From contig JAHLMO010000002.1 in assembly GCA_018920305.1 (NCBI GenBank), positions 7,580 through 71,579 on the forward strand: a DNA stretch of 64,000 nt. The letters are read 5' to 3'. Position 1 is the first letter of the stretch. Each line of letters starts with the position of its first letter. The stretch comes from Candidatus Aenigmatarchaeota archaeon (GTDB lineage: Archaea; Aenigmatarchaeota; Aenigmatarchaeia; CG10238-14; SpSt-28). Below are positions 49,032 to 58,341 of the stretch, one piece after another. The notes below the pieces were generated by a model, which ran no database searches, was not told the DNA's origin, and saw nothing but the letters and a program-made list of their open reading frames with translations. The position numbers were made by a program, and so were the translations under genes.

Positions 49032-50252
49032 CTATGGATTTAATCTAAATCTATCTCTTGGCCACATCGTAGCTTCTCTAATATTTTCTAAATTACAAAC
49101 TTTCATTGTAAATCTTTCCAATCCTATTGCCCATCCAGCGTGTGGTGGAGCTCCATATTTAAATGCTTCTATATATTCTTTAAAATTGTTTGGATTTAAA
49201 TTATTTTCAATTAATCTCATTTCCAATAATTCTGGAATATGAATTCTTTGTGCTCCGCTCGCCAATTCTAAACCCCTATATAGAAAATCAAAAGAATTTG
49301 TAATATTTTTGTTTTCATCATTTAACATAGTATAAAAAGGTCTGTGCTCTTTTGGAAAATTTGTTATAAATAATGCCTCAGAAATTTTTTCGCATAATAT
49401 TTTTTCATGTTCTCTTTTTATTTCGTCTCCAAAATTCAAATTCAAAATTTGTATAGCTTCTTCATATTTAATTCTATCTAATGGTAATTGAGGTATATTT
49501 AACTTAACATTTAATTCCTTTAGTTCTTTTTCATTTTCGTTTTGAATTCTTTCTAATGTATAAACGAAAAATCTTTCTAAGTATCTCATAACATCTTCGT
49601 GATTAGCAAATGCAACCTCTATATCTAAGCTTCTAACCTCGTTTAGATGGTATAGAGTATTATGTTTCTCTGCTCTAAAAATTGGTACAACACAAAAAAC
49701 TTTTTCTAAACTTATTGCTGCCATTTGCTTATATAATTGAGGACTTTGTGCTAGATAAGCTTCTTTTTCAAAATAATTAATTTTAAATAGATCCGCGCCA
49801 CCTTCGCTAGCAGAAGAAATAATTATTGGTGGTTGAATTTCAATAAATCCTTCTTTACTAAAAAAATCTCTAAAAGATCTTAAAATTGTATTTTGGATTT
49901 TAATTATTGAGAGAGTTTTATGATTTCTAAAATCTAGAAACCTCCAATCAAGTTTTTTGTCTAGAGAATAATTAACCTTTCCACTTGGATCTATTGGTAA
50001 AATATTTGGAGCTAAACTAACTATTTTAATTCTCTTTGCTAATATCTCTTTGTATTTTTTTGATATACCCTTTTCTAATAACTCTCCTTCAACTTCTATT
50101 GCACTTTGTAATGTCAATTTTTCTAGTTCTTCAAAATTTTCCATCAAATCTTTTCTACATGTAACTTGATAATCCTCTTTAGGTGTATGAAGTATTATAA
50201 ACTTAACCTTTCCAATATCCTTTATATCTTCTACCCAACCTCTAAAAATCAT
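49032..50252 (-). CDS. aspS: Aspartate--tRNA ligase (archaeal AspRS/AsnRS type, class IIb)
   Basis: Class II motifs FRAE and GLERF; AQSPQLYKQM; N-terminal OB fold; 406 aa. Confidence 0.8.
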   Translation of the reverse strand: MIFRGWVEDIKDIGKVKFIILHTPKEDYQVTCRKDLMENFEELEKLTLQSAIEVEGELLEKGISKKYKEILAKRIKIVSLAPNILPIDPSGKVNYSLDKKLDWRFLDFRNHKTLSIIKIQNTILRSFRDFFSKEGFIEIQPPIIISSASEGGADLFKINYFEKEAYLAQSPQLYKQMAAISLEKVFCVVPIFRAEKHNTLYHLNEVRSLDIEVAFANHEDVMRYLERFFVYTLERIQNENEKELKELNVKLNIPQLPLDRIKYEEAIQILNLNFGDEIKREHEKILCEKISEALFITNFPKEHRPFYTMLNDENKNITNSFDFLYRGLELASGAQRIHIPELLEMRLIENNLNPNNFKEYIEAFKYGAPPHAGWAIGLERFTMKVCNLENIREATMWPRDRFRLNP

Positions 50253-50956
50253 ACTATCTTCAAATTAAATATTTCTGCAATTTGTTCAATTTCTTCTAAA
50301 GCTTTAGGATTATCTTTTGGAATAACATATTTTTTGTCTTTATCTCGTATACCTTTAATAGAGCAAAAATTTGAAAAATTAAAAACTTTTTTATCATCGA
50401 AGCTATATTGATTTCTGTTAGAATTAATAATTAATTTTTCCTCTAGTATTTTTTCAATTTTTTTTGCTAAAAAATAAGATGGTCTTACTCTTCCAATTTC
50501 TATTTCAAATAAATGCTTCTTTGAAACTTTTAATTTTTTAGCCAAAGCTGATAGAGAGTAACCTAATTTTATTCTTTTTTCTTTCATTTTTTCAAAATCT
50601 ATATTTGCTACTAATTTTCCATATCTATAAATCGGTATTTCCTCATTTCTAAGATAGTTTATAAAAGTTTTGAAATTAAAAACCTTAATATTTTTTCTAA
50701 TATAAATATAATCTTTTAAACATTCTCTAGATGTTCTATTACTTATAATTATAGAATTAGTATCTAAAAACTTTTCTAGATTTATCAAATCTTCATTAAT
50801 CTTTTTATTTAAAGAATTTAAATTTTCGTATATTTTTATAAAAAAACAAGTTTTTCCTTTTTTAATAAAAAAATCAAAACACTTTGAATATATCGATTTA
50901 AAAACTTCAAAACTGTATTCTTTTTCTAAAAGCTTTGCAATTTCATTTTTTTCCAT
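50249..50956 (-). CDS. Hypothetical protein with C-terminal XRE-type HTH
   Basis: LGYSLSALAKKLKVSKKHLFEIE HTH-like segment. Confidence 0.3.
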   Translation of the reverse strand: MEKNEIAKLLEKEYSFEVFKSIYSKCFDFFIKKGKTCFFIKIYENLNSLNKKINEDLINLEKFLDTNSIIISNRTSRECLKDYIYIRKNIKVFNFKTFINYLRNEEIPIYRYGKLVANIDFEKMKEKRIKLGYSLSALAKKLKVSKKHLFEIEIGRVRPSYFLAKKIEKILEEKLIINSNRNQYSFDDKKVFNFSNFCSIKGIRDKDKKYVIPKDNPKALEEIEQIAEIFNLKIV

Positions 50957-51662
50957 ATTTATCTATTATATTTTTAAAAATCTTAATAGAAATTTCAAAA
51001 TCTAACTCAGGAATATCTGTTTCAAAAATTTCGAATGAAATTGTTCTATCATTAAAATATTCTACTAAAATTTCTACTATTTTTTTAATTGGTAAAATAC
51101 CTTTTCCTAAAGGTAAGTGAGAATGAGTAATTCCATTTATATCAGAAAGATGAAAATGAAATATCTTATTTTTATTTTTTATTAAAAATTCTTTAAATTT
51201 AGAAAAAGAATTAACTGTTAAAAAATGAGAAATATCGATAACAAACTTTAAGTTAAAAGTAAAAATATTTTCTAAAATTTCGGCTCTTTGAAATAAATTT
51301 TCAAAATATAGATTTTTATCTTTTATTTCTTTTTCAACTATTTTGTATTTTTTAATACTATCTTCGTCATCAGAAAGAATATGTACAACGCCAAAAGAAT
51401 TAAAATATTCGACAATTCTATATAAATGAAGAATTTCTTTTTGATCATCCCTATTAAGAATATTAAGCCAATTTGGAAGATGAAAAGAAGCATAGATTCC
51501 TAAATTTTCTAACTTATTTTTAATTTTCTCTTTTTCCTTTTCAACAACTTCTCTCATATAATCTTCTAACACAATTTCGACACCATCAAATCCTAATTTT
51601 TTAGCTAATTCTATTTGAGAATAAACATCTTTCGATGGATCTAAAGTTAAAAAAATTCTCAT
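50943..51662 (-). CDS. Sugar phosphate isomerase/epimerase-like TIM-barrel protein
   Basis: AP endonuclease family 2/xylose isomerase-like fold signature at the N-terminus (LGFDGVEI). Confidence 0.5.
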   Translation of the reverse strand: MRIFLTLDPSKDVYSQIELAKKLGFDGVEIVLEDYMREVVEKEKEKIKNKLENLGIYASFHLPNWLNILNRDDQKEILHLYRIVEYFNSFGVVHILSDDEDSIKKYKIVEKEIKDKNLYFENLFQRAEILENIFTFNLKFVIDISHFLTVNSFSKFKEFLIKNKNKIFHFHLSDINGITHSHLPLGKGILPIKKIVEILVEYFNDRTISFEIFETDIPELDFEISIKIFKNIIDKYGKK

Positions 51663-52153
51663 TGAATATATTTTTCAATTTGTTTTTTTATATCTTCTAT
51701 CTTCATACCAAAATATCTTTCGATATTTTGACTTGGCATTAAAACTTTTGTATTTCCTACTTTTCTAGAAACTATTAGACCTTTTTTCTCTAAAATTCGA
51801 ATATAATCGTATGCTCTATTTCCTTGAATTTTTACAATATCACTTTGTTTTATTGGGTATTTATAAATAATTAATGCTAATGTTTTTAGCGTTCCTAAAC
51901 TTAAATCACTAAATGCAGCAACTTTAGAAGCTTCGTTTCTATATTCGGCTTTTATTCTCATTTCAAACCCCTCTGGTGTTTCGACAATTTCTATTGCTCT
52001 ATTCGAATTTTCGTATTCCTTTATTAATTCTTCTAGACATTTCTTCACATTTTCTTCGCTTTCATTTACTAATTTTGATAGTTGAAGAATTGAAATAGGT
52101 CTGGATGCAGAAAATAGTATTGCCTCAATTCTTGCTTTTAATTTTTCATTCAT
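51659..52153 (-). CDS. scpB: Segregation and condensation protein B (ScpB)
   Basis: IEAILFSASRPISILQLSKL winged-helix N-terminus typical of ScpB. Confidence 0.7.
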   Translation of the reverse strand: MNEKLKARIEAILFSASRPISILQLSKLVNESEENVKKCLEELIKEYENSNRAIEIVETPEGFEMRIKAEYRNEASKVAAFSDLSLGTLKTLALIIYKYPIKQSDIVKIQGNRAYDYIRILEKKGLIVSRKVGNTKVLMPSQNIERYFGMKIEDIKKQIEKYIQ

Positions 52154-52179
52154 AAATTTAAATTTTTATAATAAATTAT

Positions 52180-52449
52180 ATGGTAAGAGGAAGTAAATCT
52201 AGGAAAAAATTAAAAATTGGGCATCATAGAAGAGGTATATCTAGATTTTTTCAAGAATTTAAAATAGGCGATAAAGTTATTATTGATATTGATCCATCAA
52301 GCCATGATGGAATGCCACATCATAGATTTCAAGGAAAAATAGGAAATATCATAGAAAAAAGAGGGAATGCTTACTTAGTTAAAGTAAAAGACAAATTTAA
52401 AGAAAAAATAATAATTGCATTACCACAACATTTAAGAAAGTTAACTTAA
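52180..52449 (+). CDS. rpl21e: 50S ribosomal protein L21e
   Basis: MVRGSKSRKKLKIGHHRRGIS... Confidence 0.9.
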   Translation: MVRGSKSRKKLKIGHHRRGISRFFQEFKIGDKVIIDIDPSSHDGMPHHRFQGKIGNIIEKRGNAYLVKVKDKFKEKIIIALPQHLRKLT

Positions 52450-52459
52450 AAATTATTTT

Positions 52460-52774
52460 ATGGAAATTTTAGAAGAAAGATATATTACGAAATACGAAGT
52501 ATTAGAAATTATTAGAGGAGAAACTACAAATAGTTCAATTAATTCTGTAGCTGAAAATATAAAAAATTCTATAAAAAAAGAGGTAAAAATAGATGAAATT
52601 GACGAAATAAAGAAAGAATTAAAAAGTTTGGGTTTAAAAGAAAACGAAATAGTAATGATATTGGACTTTTTACCAGAAAGTATTGAAGATTTAAATATAC
52701 TTTTTGGAAAAAATATAAAGTTTTTTGATGAGGAAAAACAGAAAAAAATAATAGAAATTGTAAGTAAAATATAG
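52460..52774 (+). CDS. rpoF: RNA polymerase subunit Rpo4 (RpoF)-like
   Basis: Conserved archaeal gene order rpl21e-rpoF-DUF655; ~100 aa helical protein. Confidence 0.45.
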   Translation: MEILEERYITKYEVLEIIRGETTNSSINSVAENIKNSIKKEVKIDEIDEIKKELKSLGLKENEIVMILDFLPESIEDLNILFGKNIKFFDEEKQKKIIEIVSKI

Positions 52775-52785
52775 AATTTTAAATA

Positions 52786-53331
52786 ATGAAGGACGAATAT
52801 ATTATTGTATTAGATTATTTTCCAACAGGAAAACCGGGAAGTGTTTTAAAGATTCCTATAGCACATGGTATTGGCGATAGATATTTTAATTTATTAGAAG
52901 TAAGTTTAAAACCAAACGTAAAAGTCGATGTAAATGAAAGAATTTATATTGGAAGCGGATTCAGAGATAAAGTACAAAGAATTATAAGAAAGATAAAGTA
53001 CAGTGAATTATCATCGATTGCCCAATCAGTTTTAGATGAAGTATTAGATAATTTAATAAAACAAAATGAAAAAAGGTTAATAAAAATTTTTAATATTGCA
53101 GGTCCATTAACTCCAAAAATGCATGCGCTCGAATTGTTTAGAGGAATAGGAAAGAAACATCTAGAAGATATTTTAAAAGAAAGAAAAGTTAGACCATTCG
53201 AGAGTTTTGAGGATTTGAAAAATAGAGTTAAATTCTTGATGAATCCAGAAAAGATGATTAAAGAAAGAATAAAAGAAGAATTAGATGATAAAGATGAATA
53301 TAAATTAATTGTAGGTAATGCAATGCTCTAA
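52786..53331 (+). CDS. DUF655-family protein (RNA-binding)
   Basis: Position after rpl21e-rpoF; family-like N-terminus. Confidence 0.5.
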   Translation: MKDEYIIVLDYFPTGKPGSVLKIPIAHGIGDRYFNLLEVSLKPNVKVDVNERIYIGSGFRDKVQRIIRKIKYSELSSIAQSVLDEVLDNLIKQNEKRLIKIFNIAGPLTPKMHALELFRGIGKKHLEDILKERKVRPFESFEDLKNRVKFLMNPEKMIKERIKEELDDKDEYKLIVGNAML

Positions 53332-53340
53332 AAATAAAAA

Positions 53341-53601
53341 TTATACATTAACTAAAATTGTAAGAGTTATAATCCAAGAAAGAAAATATATCAAAGCATA
53401 TTTTTCAATAATTTTGAAAAATTTATTTTCTCTACCCAATAAATAAGAAAAAACTAAAAAAACAAGTAGTGGAATTGACAGTCCAATTATGTCTATAAAA
53501 TAAAACTTATATGTTATAAAGGAACTCAATACACCTAATATTATAAATAATATTTTTTCCTTATTTTTCTCAAAAATATACAAAATTTTATTTTTTTTCA
53601 T
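53341..53601 (-). CDS. Small membrane protein
   Basis: Two TM helices; overlaps the rnhB start by 4 nt. Confidence 0.25.
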   Translation of the reverse strand: MKKNKILYIFEKNKEKILFIILGVLSSFITYKFYFIDIIGLSIPLLVFLVFSYLLGRENKFFKIIEKYALIYFLSWIITLTILVNV

Positions 53602-54251
53602 ATAAAATCTATAATTTTTTTTAGCCTTATTTTTTTACTTTCTTCCTCATAAGTTATCCATGCTTTTCTTATGAAATCATAATCTTTTTTTTCTTGAAAA
53701 ACCTTTTCTAGAAATTTTCTTGTTTTTTCATCACTTACATATCCACTTCCAAAATCAAAATTTATTTCTCTTTTTATTTTTTCAATTTCCCTATCTCTAA
53801 TAACTTTTCCAATTATACTTGCAGCAGCTACTACCAAATTTTTTTCATCCATTTTATGATCAGCAATTATTTCGACATTCTTTTTTAAAAGTAATGCTAG
53901 TTTTTCTTTAAACTTTTTTGGATTGAATGGTGCATCAATAAAGTAAATTTTTGCATTAGATTTGTTTATTAACTTTGAAATTCCTAATAACTCTATTTCA
54001 TTTAAATTCATTTTCTTTTTTAGCATAAGATAATTTAAATCTTTTGCAGAAATTATCTCTTGAATATAACTTCCTATTTCAATTAATTTTTCAAATAATT
54101 TTTCTCTTTTATATTCACTTAACTTTTTCGAATCCTTAACACCAATTTTTTCTAATTCATTAATTTTTTCTTCATCAATAAAATAAGCAGTAATTACTAG
54201 CGGTCCAATAATACAACCTCTACCATTCTCATCTATTCCAGCAATTATCAT
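53598..54251 (-). CDS. rnhB: Ribonuclease HII
   Basis: GIDENGRGCIIGPLV active-site N-terminus. Confidence 0.85.
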   Translation of the reverse strand: MIIAGIDENGRGCIIGPLVITAYFIDEEKINELEKIGVKDSKKLSEYKREKLFEKLIEIGSYIQEIISAKDLNYLMLKKKMNLNEIELLGISKLINKSNAKIYFIDAPFNPKKFKEKLALLLKKNVEIIADHKMDEKNLVVAAASIIGKVIRDREIEKIKREINFDFGSGYVSDEKTRKFLEKVFQEKKDYDFIRKAWITYEEESKKIRLKKIIDFI

Positions 54252-54260
54252 TATTATATT

Positions 54261-54668
54261 ATGGAAAGTTTAAAGAAATTTTTAGAAGAAAGAGATTGGA
54301 AATATTTTGAAAATTTTATTGCAGAAGTTTTTGAAAGATTTAATTATAAAATTAGTAAAAATGTAAGAATAAAATTTCTAAATTATAAAGAATTTGATCT
54401 GATTGCGAAAAAACAAGATAAAATACTACTAATAGAATGTAAAAAATGGAAAAAAGAATATTCGAAATTCAAAAATGTAAGAAGAGAAATTGAAAAATTT
54501 AAAGAAAAATTTAAAGAATATAAAAAATATCAAATAAATAAAAAAATATTTGGATTAATGATTTTTTTAAATGCTACTTTTCAACCAATAAGAGAAGAGA
54601 ATATTTTTGTTTTATCAATTGATTTTTTAAATACATTTTTGAATGAATTTGAAAATTTATATTTTTAA
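54261..54668 (+). CDS. Restriction-endonuclease-like (Mrr-cat) fold protein
   Basis: FE.FIAEVFER.NYKI......EFDLIAKK.DKILLIECKKW pattern (D..(D/E)xK-like). Confidence 0.35.
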   Translation: MESLKKFLEERDWKYFENFIAEVFERFNYKISKNVRIKFLNYKEFDLIAKKQDKILLIECKKWKKEYSKFKNVRREIEKFKEKFKEYKKYQINKKIFGLMIFLNATFQPIREENIFVLSIDFLNTFLNEFENLYF

Positions 54669-54685
54669 TGTTATTATAATTTTAA

Positions 54686-55231
54686 ATGGAAGAGATAACT
54701 ATTGAAAATATTGTTGTTTCGCTAACATTCGATCAAAAACTTCCAATCGATAAATTATTAAAAAAATACTTAGATATAGAATTCGAGCCAGAACAATTTC
54801 CTGGATTGGTTTATAAACTACAAGATCCAAAATGTTCATTTTTAATTTTTGAGACTGGAAAAATAATTTGTACTGGAAACAGAAGGATGGAAGATGTAGA
54901 AAAAGCATTAAAAATCATTTCAGAAAGATTAAAGAGTGTTGGAGTAGACGTTTCTAAAGCTGAGAAAAGTGTTGAAAATATTGTCGCTTCTGTGAAATTA
55001 GAAGGAGAAATAGATTTAAATTGTTTAGCTTATGAATTAGAAGAAGCTGAGTTTGAACCAGAACAATTTCCTGGATTGGTTTATAGAAAAGCTGAGCCAA
55101 AATTAGTATTTTTAGTATTCAAGAGCGGAAAAATAATTTGTACAGGTGGAAAAAATGTTGAAGAAGTAAAAAAAGAATTAGAAAGCTTAATTAAAAAAAT
55201 AAAGAACTCAAAATGTTTTGAACCATACTAA
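54686..55231 (+). CDS. tbp: TATA-box-binding protein
   Basis: Two direct repeats with EFEPEQFPGLVY...GKIICTG. Confidence 0.9.
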   Translation: MEEITIENIVVSLTFDQKLPIDKLLKKYLDIEFEPEQFPGLVYKLQDPKCSFLIFETGKIICTGNRRMEDVEKALKIISERLKSVGVDVSKAEKSVENIVASVKLEGEIDLNCLAYELEEAEFEPEQFPGLVYRKAEPKLVFLVFKSGKIICTGGKNVEEVKKELESLIKKIKNSKCFEPY

Positions 55232-55245
55232 AAATAATATAAATC

Positions 55246-55253
55246 TTTATAAT
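55246..55253 (+). promoter_or_regulatory. TATA box (tttataat) ~21-28 nt upstream of the mcm ATG
   Basis: Consensus match and spacing. Confidence 0.35.
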
Positions 55254-55273
55254 GTCTCTTTCCTAATTATTTA

Positions 55274-57319
55274 ATGCTAGTTCTACAAACAAGACAAATT
55301 GCTAAAATTGAAGAGGGAGAAAGATTAGAAATAAAAAATCTCTTTTCAAATTTTTTAGAAGAATATTACTTAAAAGAAATCGGAAGAATCTTACTAAATG
55401 ATGAAAAAAGATTATTAATTGATTTTTCCTTATTAGAGCAATTCGATATTTCATTAGCTGAAAAATTTATCGAAAATCCAGAGGAAATTTTAAAAATTTT
55501 TGAGGAAACTTTATATGATTTAGAACCAAAACTTAAAGATAAAGTTAGAATTAGATTTTATAATTTTCCAAAATATCTAGAAAAAAGAATAGGAAATTTA
55601 AGAAGTGAACATTTAGGAAAATTAGTAGTTGTTGACGGAATTGTAAAGAGAGCTAGTGAAGTTAGACCAGAAATATATGAAGCAATTTTTGTTTGTATAG
55701 AATGTAAAAGATTAGTTACACAAATTCAAACAGAAAGAAGTTTAAAAAAACCAATAAAATGTCCATATTGTAATTCTAGAACTTTTGATATAATCGGAGA
55801 AAAATTATACGATGCCAGATGGATTGTAATAGAAGAACCATACGAAATTCTTAGCGGAGAAAGACCTAGTAACATAATGGTTTATTTAAAGGAAGATTTA
55901 GTAGAACCAAAACTAAGAATAAAAACAGATCCAGGAAATAGAATAAGGGTTATTGGAATTCTAAAAAGTATTCAAAGAAAGTTAAGAAAAAGTTATGGAA
56001 GAACTATGGAAATTTTTATAGATGCGCTAAATTTTGAAACTTTAGAAACTGAATGGGAAGATATAGAAATAAGTGAAGAAGATGAAAAGAGAATTATTGA
56101 ATTATCAAAAGATCCTAACCTGTATCAAAAGTTAGTTAATTCGATTGCCCCGACAATATATGGATTAGAAGAAATAAAAGAAGCTATTTTATTACAAATG
56201 TTTGGAGGAAATGAGGAAATAATGCCAGATGGAACAAGAATAAGAGGGGAAATTCATATATTATTAATTGGGGAACCTTCTACAGCTAAATCTCAATTAT
56301 TAAAGTATGTAGCAAATATAATGCCAAGAGCTAAATATGTTAGCGGTAGCGGAGCTACTGCAGCTGGATTAATAGCTACTGTAACTAGGGATGAAGAATT
56401 TTTAGGTGGATGGGTATTGGAAGCTGGAGCAGTTGTAATGGCAAATAAAAGTGTCGTATGTATTGACGAATTTGAAAAGGTAAGAAAAGATGATTTGATC
56501 GCTTTGCACGAAGCTATGGAACAAGGATCTTCCTCTATTGCAAAAGCAAGTATTGTCGCTACGTTACCGGCTAAAACAAGTATATTAGCTGCTGGAAACC
56601 CAAAATATGGAAGGTTTGATCCTTATATACCTCTAAGGGAACAAATCGAAATACCAGAAACTCTATTAAGTAGATTCGATTTAAAATTTGCATTAAGAGA
56701 TATTCCAAATAGAGAAAAAGATGAAAAAATTCTAGAGCATATAGAGGAAAGTAGATTCTTCAGAAAAGAAGAAAAATTCAAAGAAATTGTCCCACCAATA
56801 TTATTAAAAAAATACATTGCTTATGCAAGAAAGAACGTATTTCCAAAGATGACAAAAGAAGCATTAGATAAGATAAAACAATTCTTTTTAGAAAGCAGAT
56901 TAAAATATAGCGAAACGTCTGCAATTCCAATAACTATGAGACAATTTGAGGCATTAATAAGATTATCTCAAGCATCAGCAAAAGCTAGGTTAAGTAATGA
57001 AGTTACCATTGAAGATGCAGAAAGAGCAATAAAATTGATGAAATATTCATTAAAACAATTTGGTTTTGATCCAGATTTAGGAACAATTGATATTGATAGA
57101 TATGAAGGGGTTACTACAACATCACAAAGAGGTAAAATAAGAACTGTTAGGCAAATCATCGATGAACTATCAAAAGTTTTCGGAAATTTAATACCTGAAG
57201 AAGAAATAATAAGGAGGGCAAAAGAACAAGGAGTTGAAGATGTTGAAGAAATTCTAAATAAAATGAAACTAAGTGGAGAATTAATCTCTCATAAACCAGG
57301 GTTTGTTGGAAAAATTTAA
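55274..57319 (+). CDS. mcm: Replicative helicase MCM
   Basis: Zn finger C..C...C..C; Walker A IHILLIGEPSTAKSQ; Walker B; arginine finger SRFDL. Confidence 0.9.
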   Translation: MLVLQTRQIAKIEEGERLEIKNLFSNFLEEYYLKEIGRILLNDEKRLLIDFSLLEQFDISLAEKFIENPEEILKIFEETLYDLEPKLKDKVRIRFYNFPKYLEKRIGNLRSEHLGKLVVVDGIVKRASEVRPEIYEAIFVCIECKRLVTQIQTERSLKKPIKCPYCNSRTFDIIGEKLYDARWIVIEEPYEILSGERPSNIMVYLKEDLVEPKLRIKTDPGNRIRVIGILKSIQRKLRKSYGRTMEIFIDALNFETLETEWEDIEISEEDEKRIIELSKDPNLYQKLVNSIAPTIYGLEEIKEAILLQMFGGNEEIMPDGTRIRGEIHILLIGEPSTAKSQLLKYVANIMPRAKYVSGSGATAAGLIATVTRDEEFLGGWVLEAGAVVMANKSVVCIDEFEKVRKDDLIALHEAMEQGSSSIAKASIVATLPAKTSILAAGNPKYGRFDPYIPLREQIEIPETLLSRFDLKFALRDIPNREKDEKILEHIEESRFFRKEEKFKEIVPPILLKKYIAYARKNVFPKMTKEALDKIKQFFLESRLKYSETSAIPITMRQFEALIRLSQASAKARLSNEVTIEDAERAIKLMKYSLKQFGFDPDLGTIDIDRYEGVTTTSQRGKIRTVRQIIDELSKVFGNLIPEEEIIRRAKEQGVEDVEEILNKMKLSGELISHKPGFVGKI

Positions 57320-57343
57320 ATATATTTTATTATTAATTAAATA

Positions 57344-57619
57344 ATGGAGATTAAAATTTTAAAAGAAGAAGAAAATACTTTGTTAATAGAATTTGTTAAT
57401 GAGAGTGAAACATTTCTAAATCTTTTAAGAGAAGAATTGTGGAATGTTAAAGGAGTAATAGAAGCAGCTTATATAAGAGAACATCCCGAGCTTTCTAATC
57501 CAAAATTATGGATAAAAACAGAAAATATAAGTGCTAGAGAAGCATTAAAAAATGCTATTAATAACTTAATAGAAAGGTTTGAAAAACTTAGAGAAGGAGC
57601 ACGAAAAATAATAAAATAA
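57344..57619 (+). CDS. rpoL: RNA polymerase subunit Rpo11 (RpoL)
   Basis: 91 aa Rpb11-like. Confidence 0.65.
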   Translation: MEIKILKEEENTLLIEFVNESETFLNLLREELWNVKGVIEAAYIREHPELSNPKLWIKTENISAREALKNAINNLIERFEKLREGARKIIK

Positions 57620-57624
57620 AAATT

Positions 57625-58341
57625 CTAAACAACTCTTATAATTTTATAATTATATTTCCAGCAACCACTCTCATCATGATCACCACAATTGAGAGTTTCA
57701 GTAATATCAGTATTTCCCCAGTTACGAGAACCTAAACTAAGGCTTACAGAAGGTCTATTTTTATCTTCGTGTATAGCTCCATTTTTACAATATTTGTTTT
57801 GAGAAAAAAGATTTGAATATTCCTTATATCTAACTCTATCATCTTCAACATAATATTCTATTAACCTATCTCTGTTACATATTCCAGTACAATAATCTTC
57901 GTATCTATCTTCTCTACAAGCTCCACCACTACAATATCTATCTATAGCTGTTCCCTTTACATATGGATTATCTCCATCACTATCTGTAGACTCTCCACAA
58001 TATGTTGTAATATAATTTGCTGAACACCAACAAGTTGCACCATCGCTTTTGCATGATCTCTCTATATAACATCTATATTTATCCGCTCTTTGACCACAAC
58101 CACAAGTATATTCATCATTACATCGATAAAATATCGTTTCACACTCTAAACATTTTTTTTGCTCTGAATCATATTTTTTACACTGTCTTACATAATATCC
58201 ACCAGCAGTACAATAACAACCCGAACAATCATCTGATGAAGAGGAAGAAAACGAGTAAAGAAATGATATAGATAAAAAAATAGCACTAAAAAAGAAAAAT
58301 AATATCAATATTCTCTTATTCTCAAAAAGGACACCCTTCAT
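57625..58341 (-). CDS. Secreted/anchored cysteine-rich protein (238 aa; ~30 Cys)
   Basis: N-terminal signal/TM, then a Cys-dense, Lys-poor domain; overlaps the upstream large Cys-rich gene by 4 nt. Confidence 0.5.
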   Translation of the reverse strand: MKGVLFENKRILILFFFFSAIFLSISFLYSFSSSSSDDCSGCYCTAGGYYVRQCKKYDSEQKKCLECETIFYRCNDEYTCGCGQRADKYRCYIERSCKSDGATCWCSANYITTYCGESTDSDGDNPYVKGTAIDRYCSGGACREDRYEDYCTGICNRDRLIEYYVEDDRVRYKEYSNLFSQNKYCKNGAIHEDKNRPSVSLSLGSRNWGNTDITETLNCGDHDESGCWKYNYKIIRVV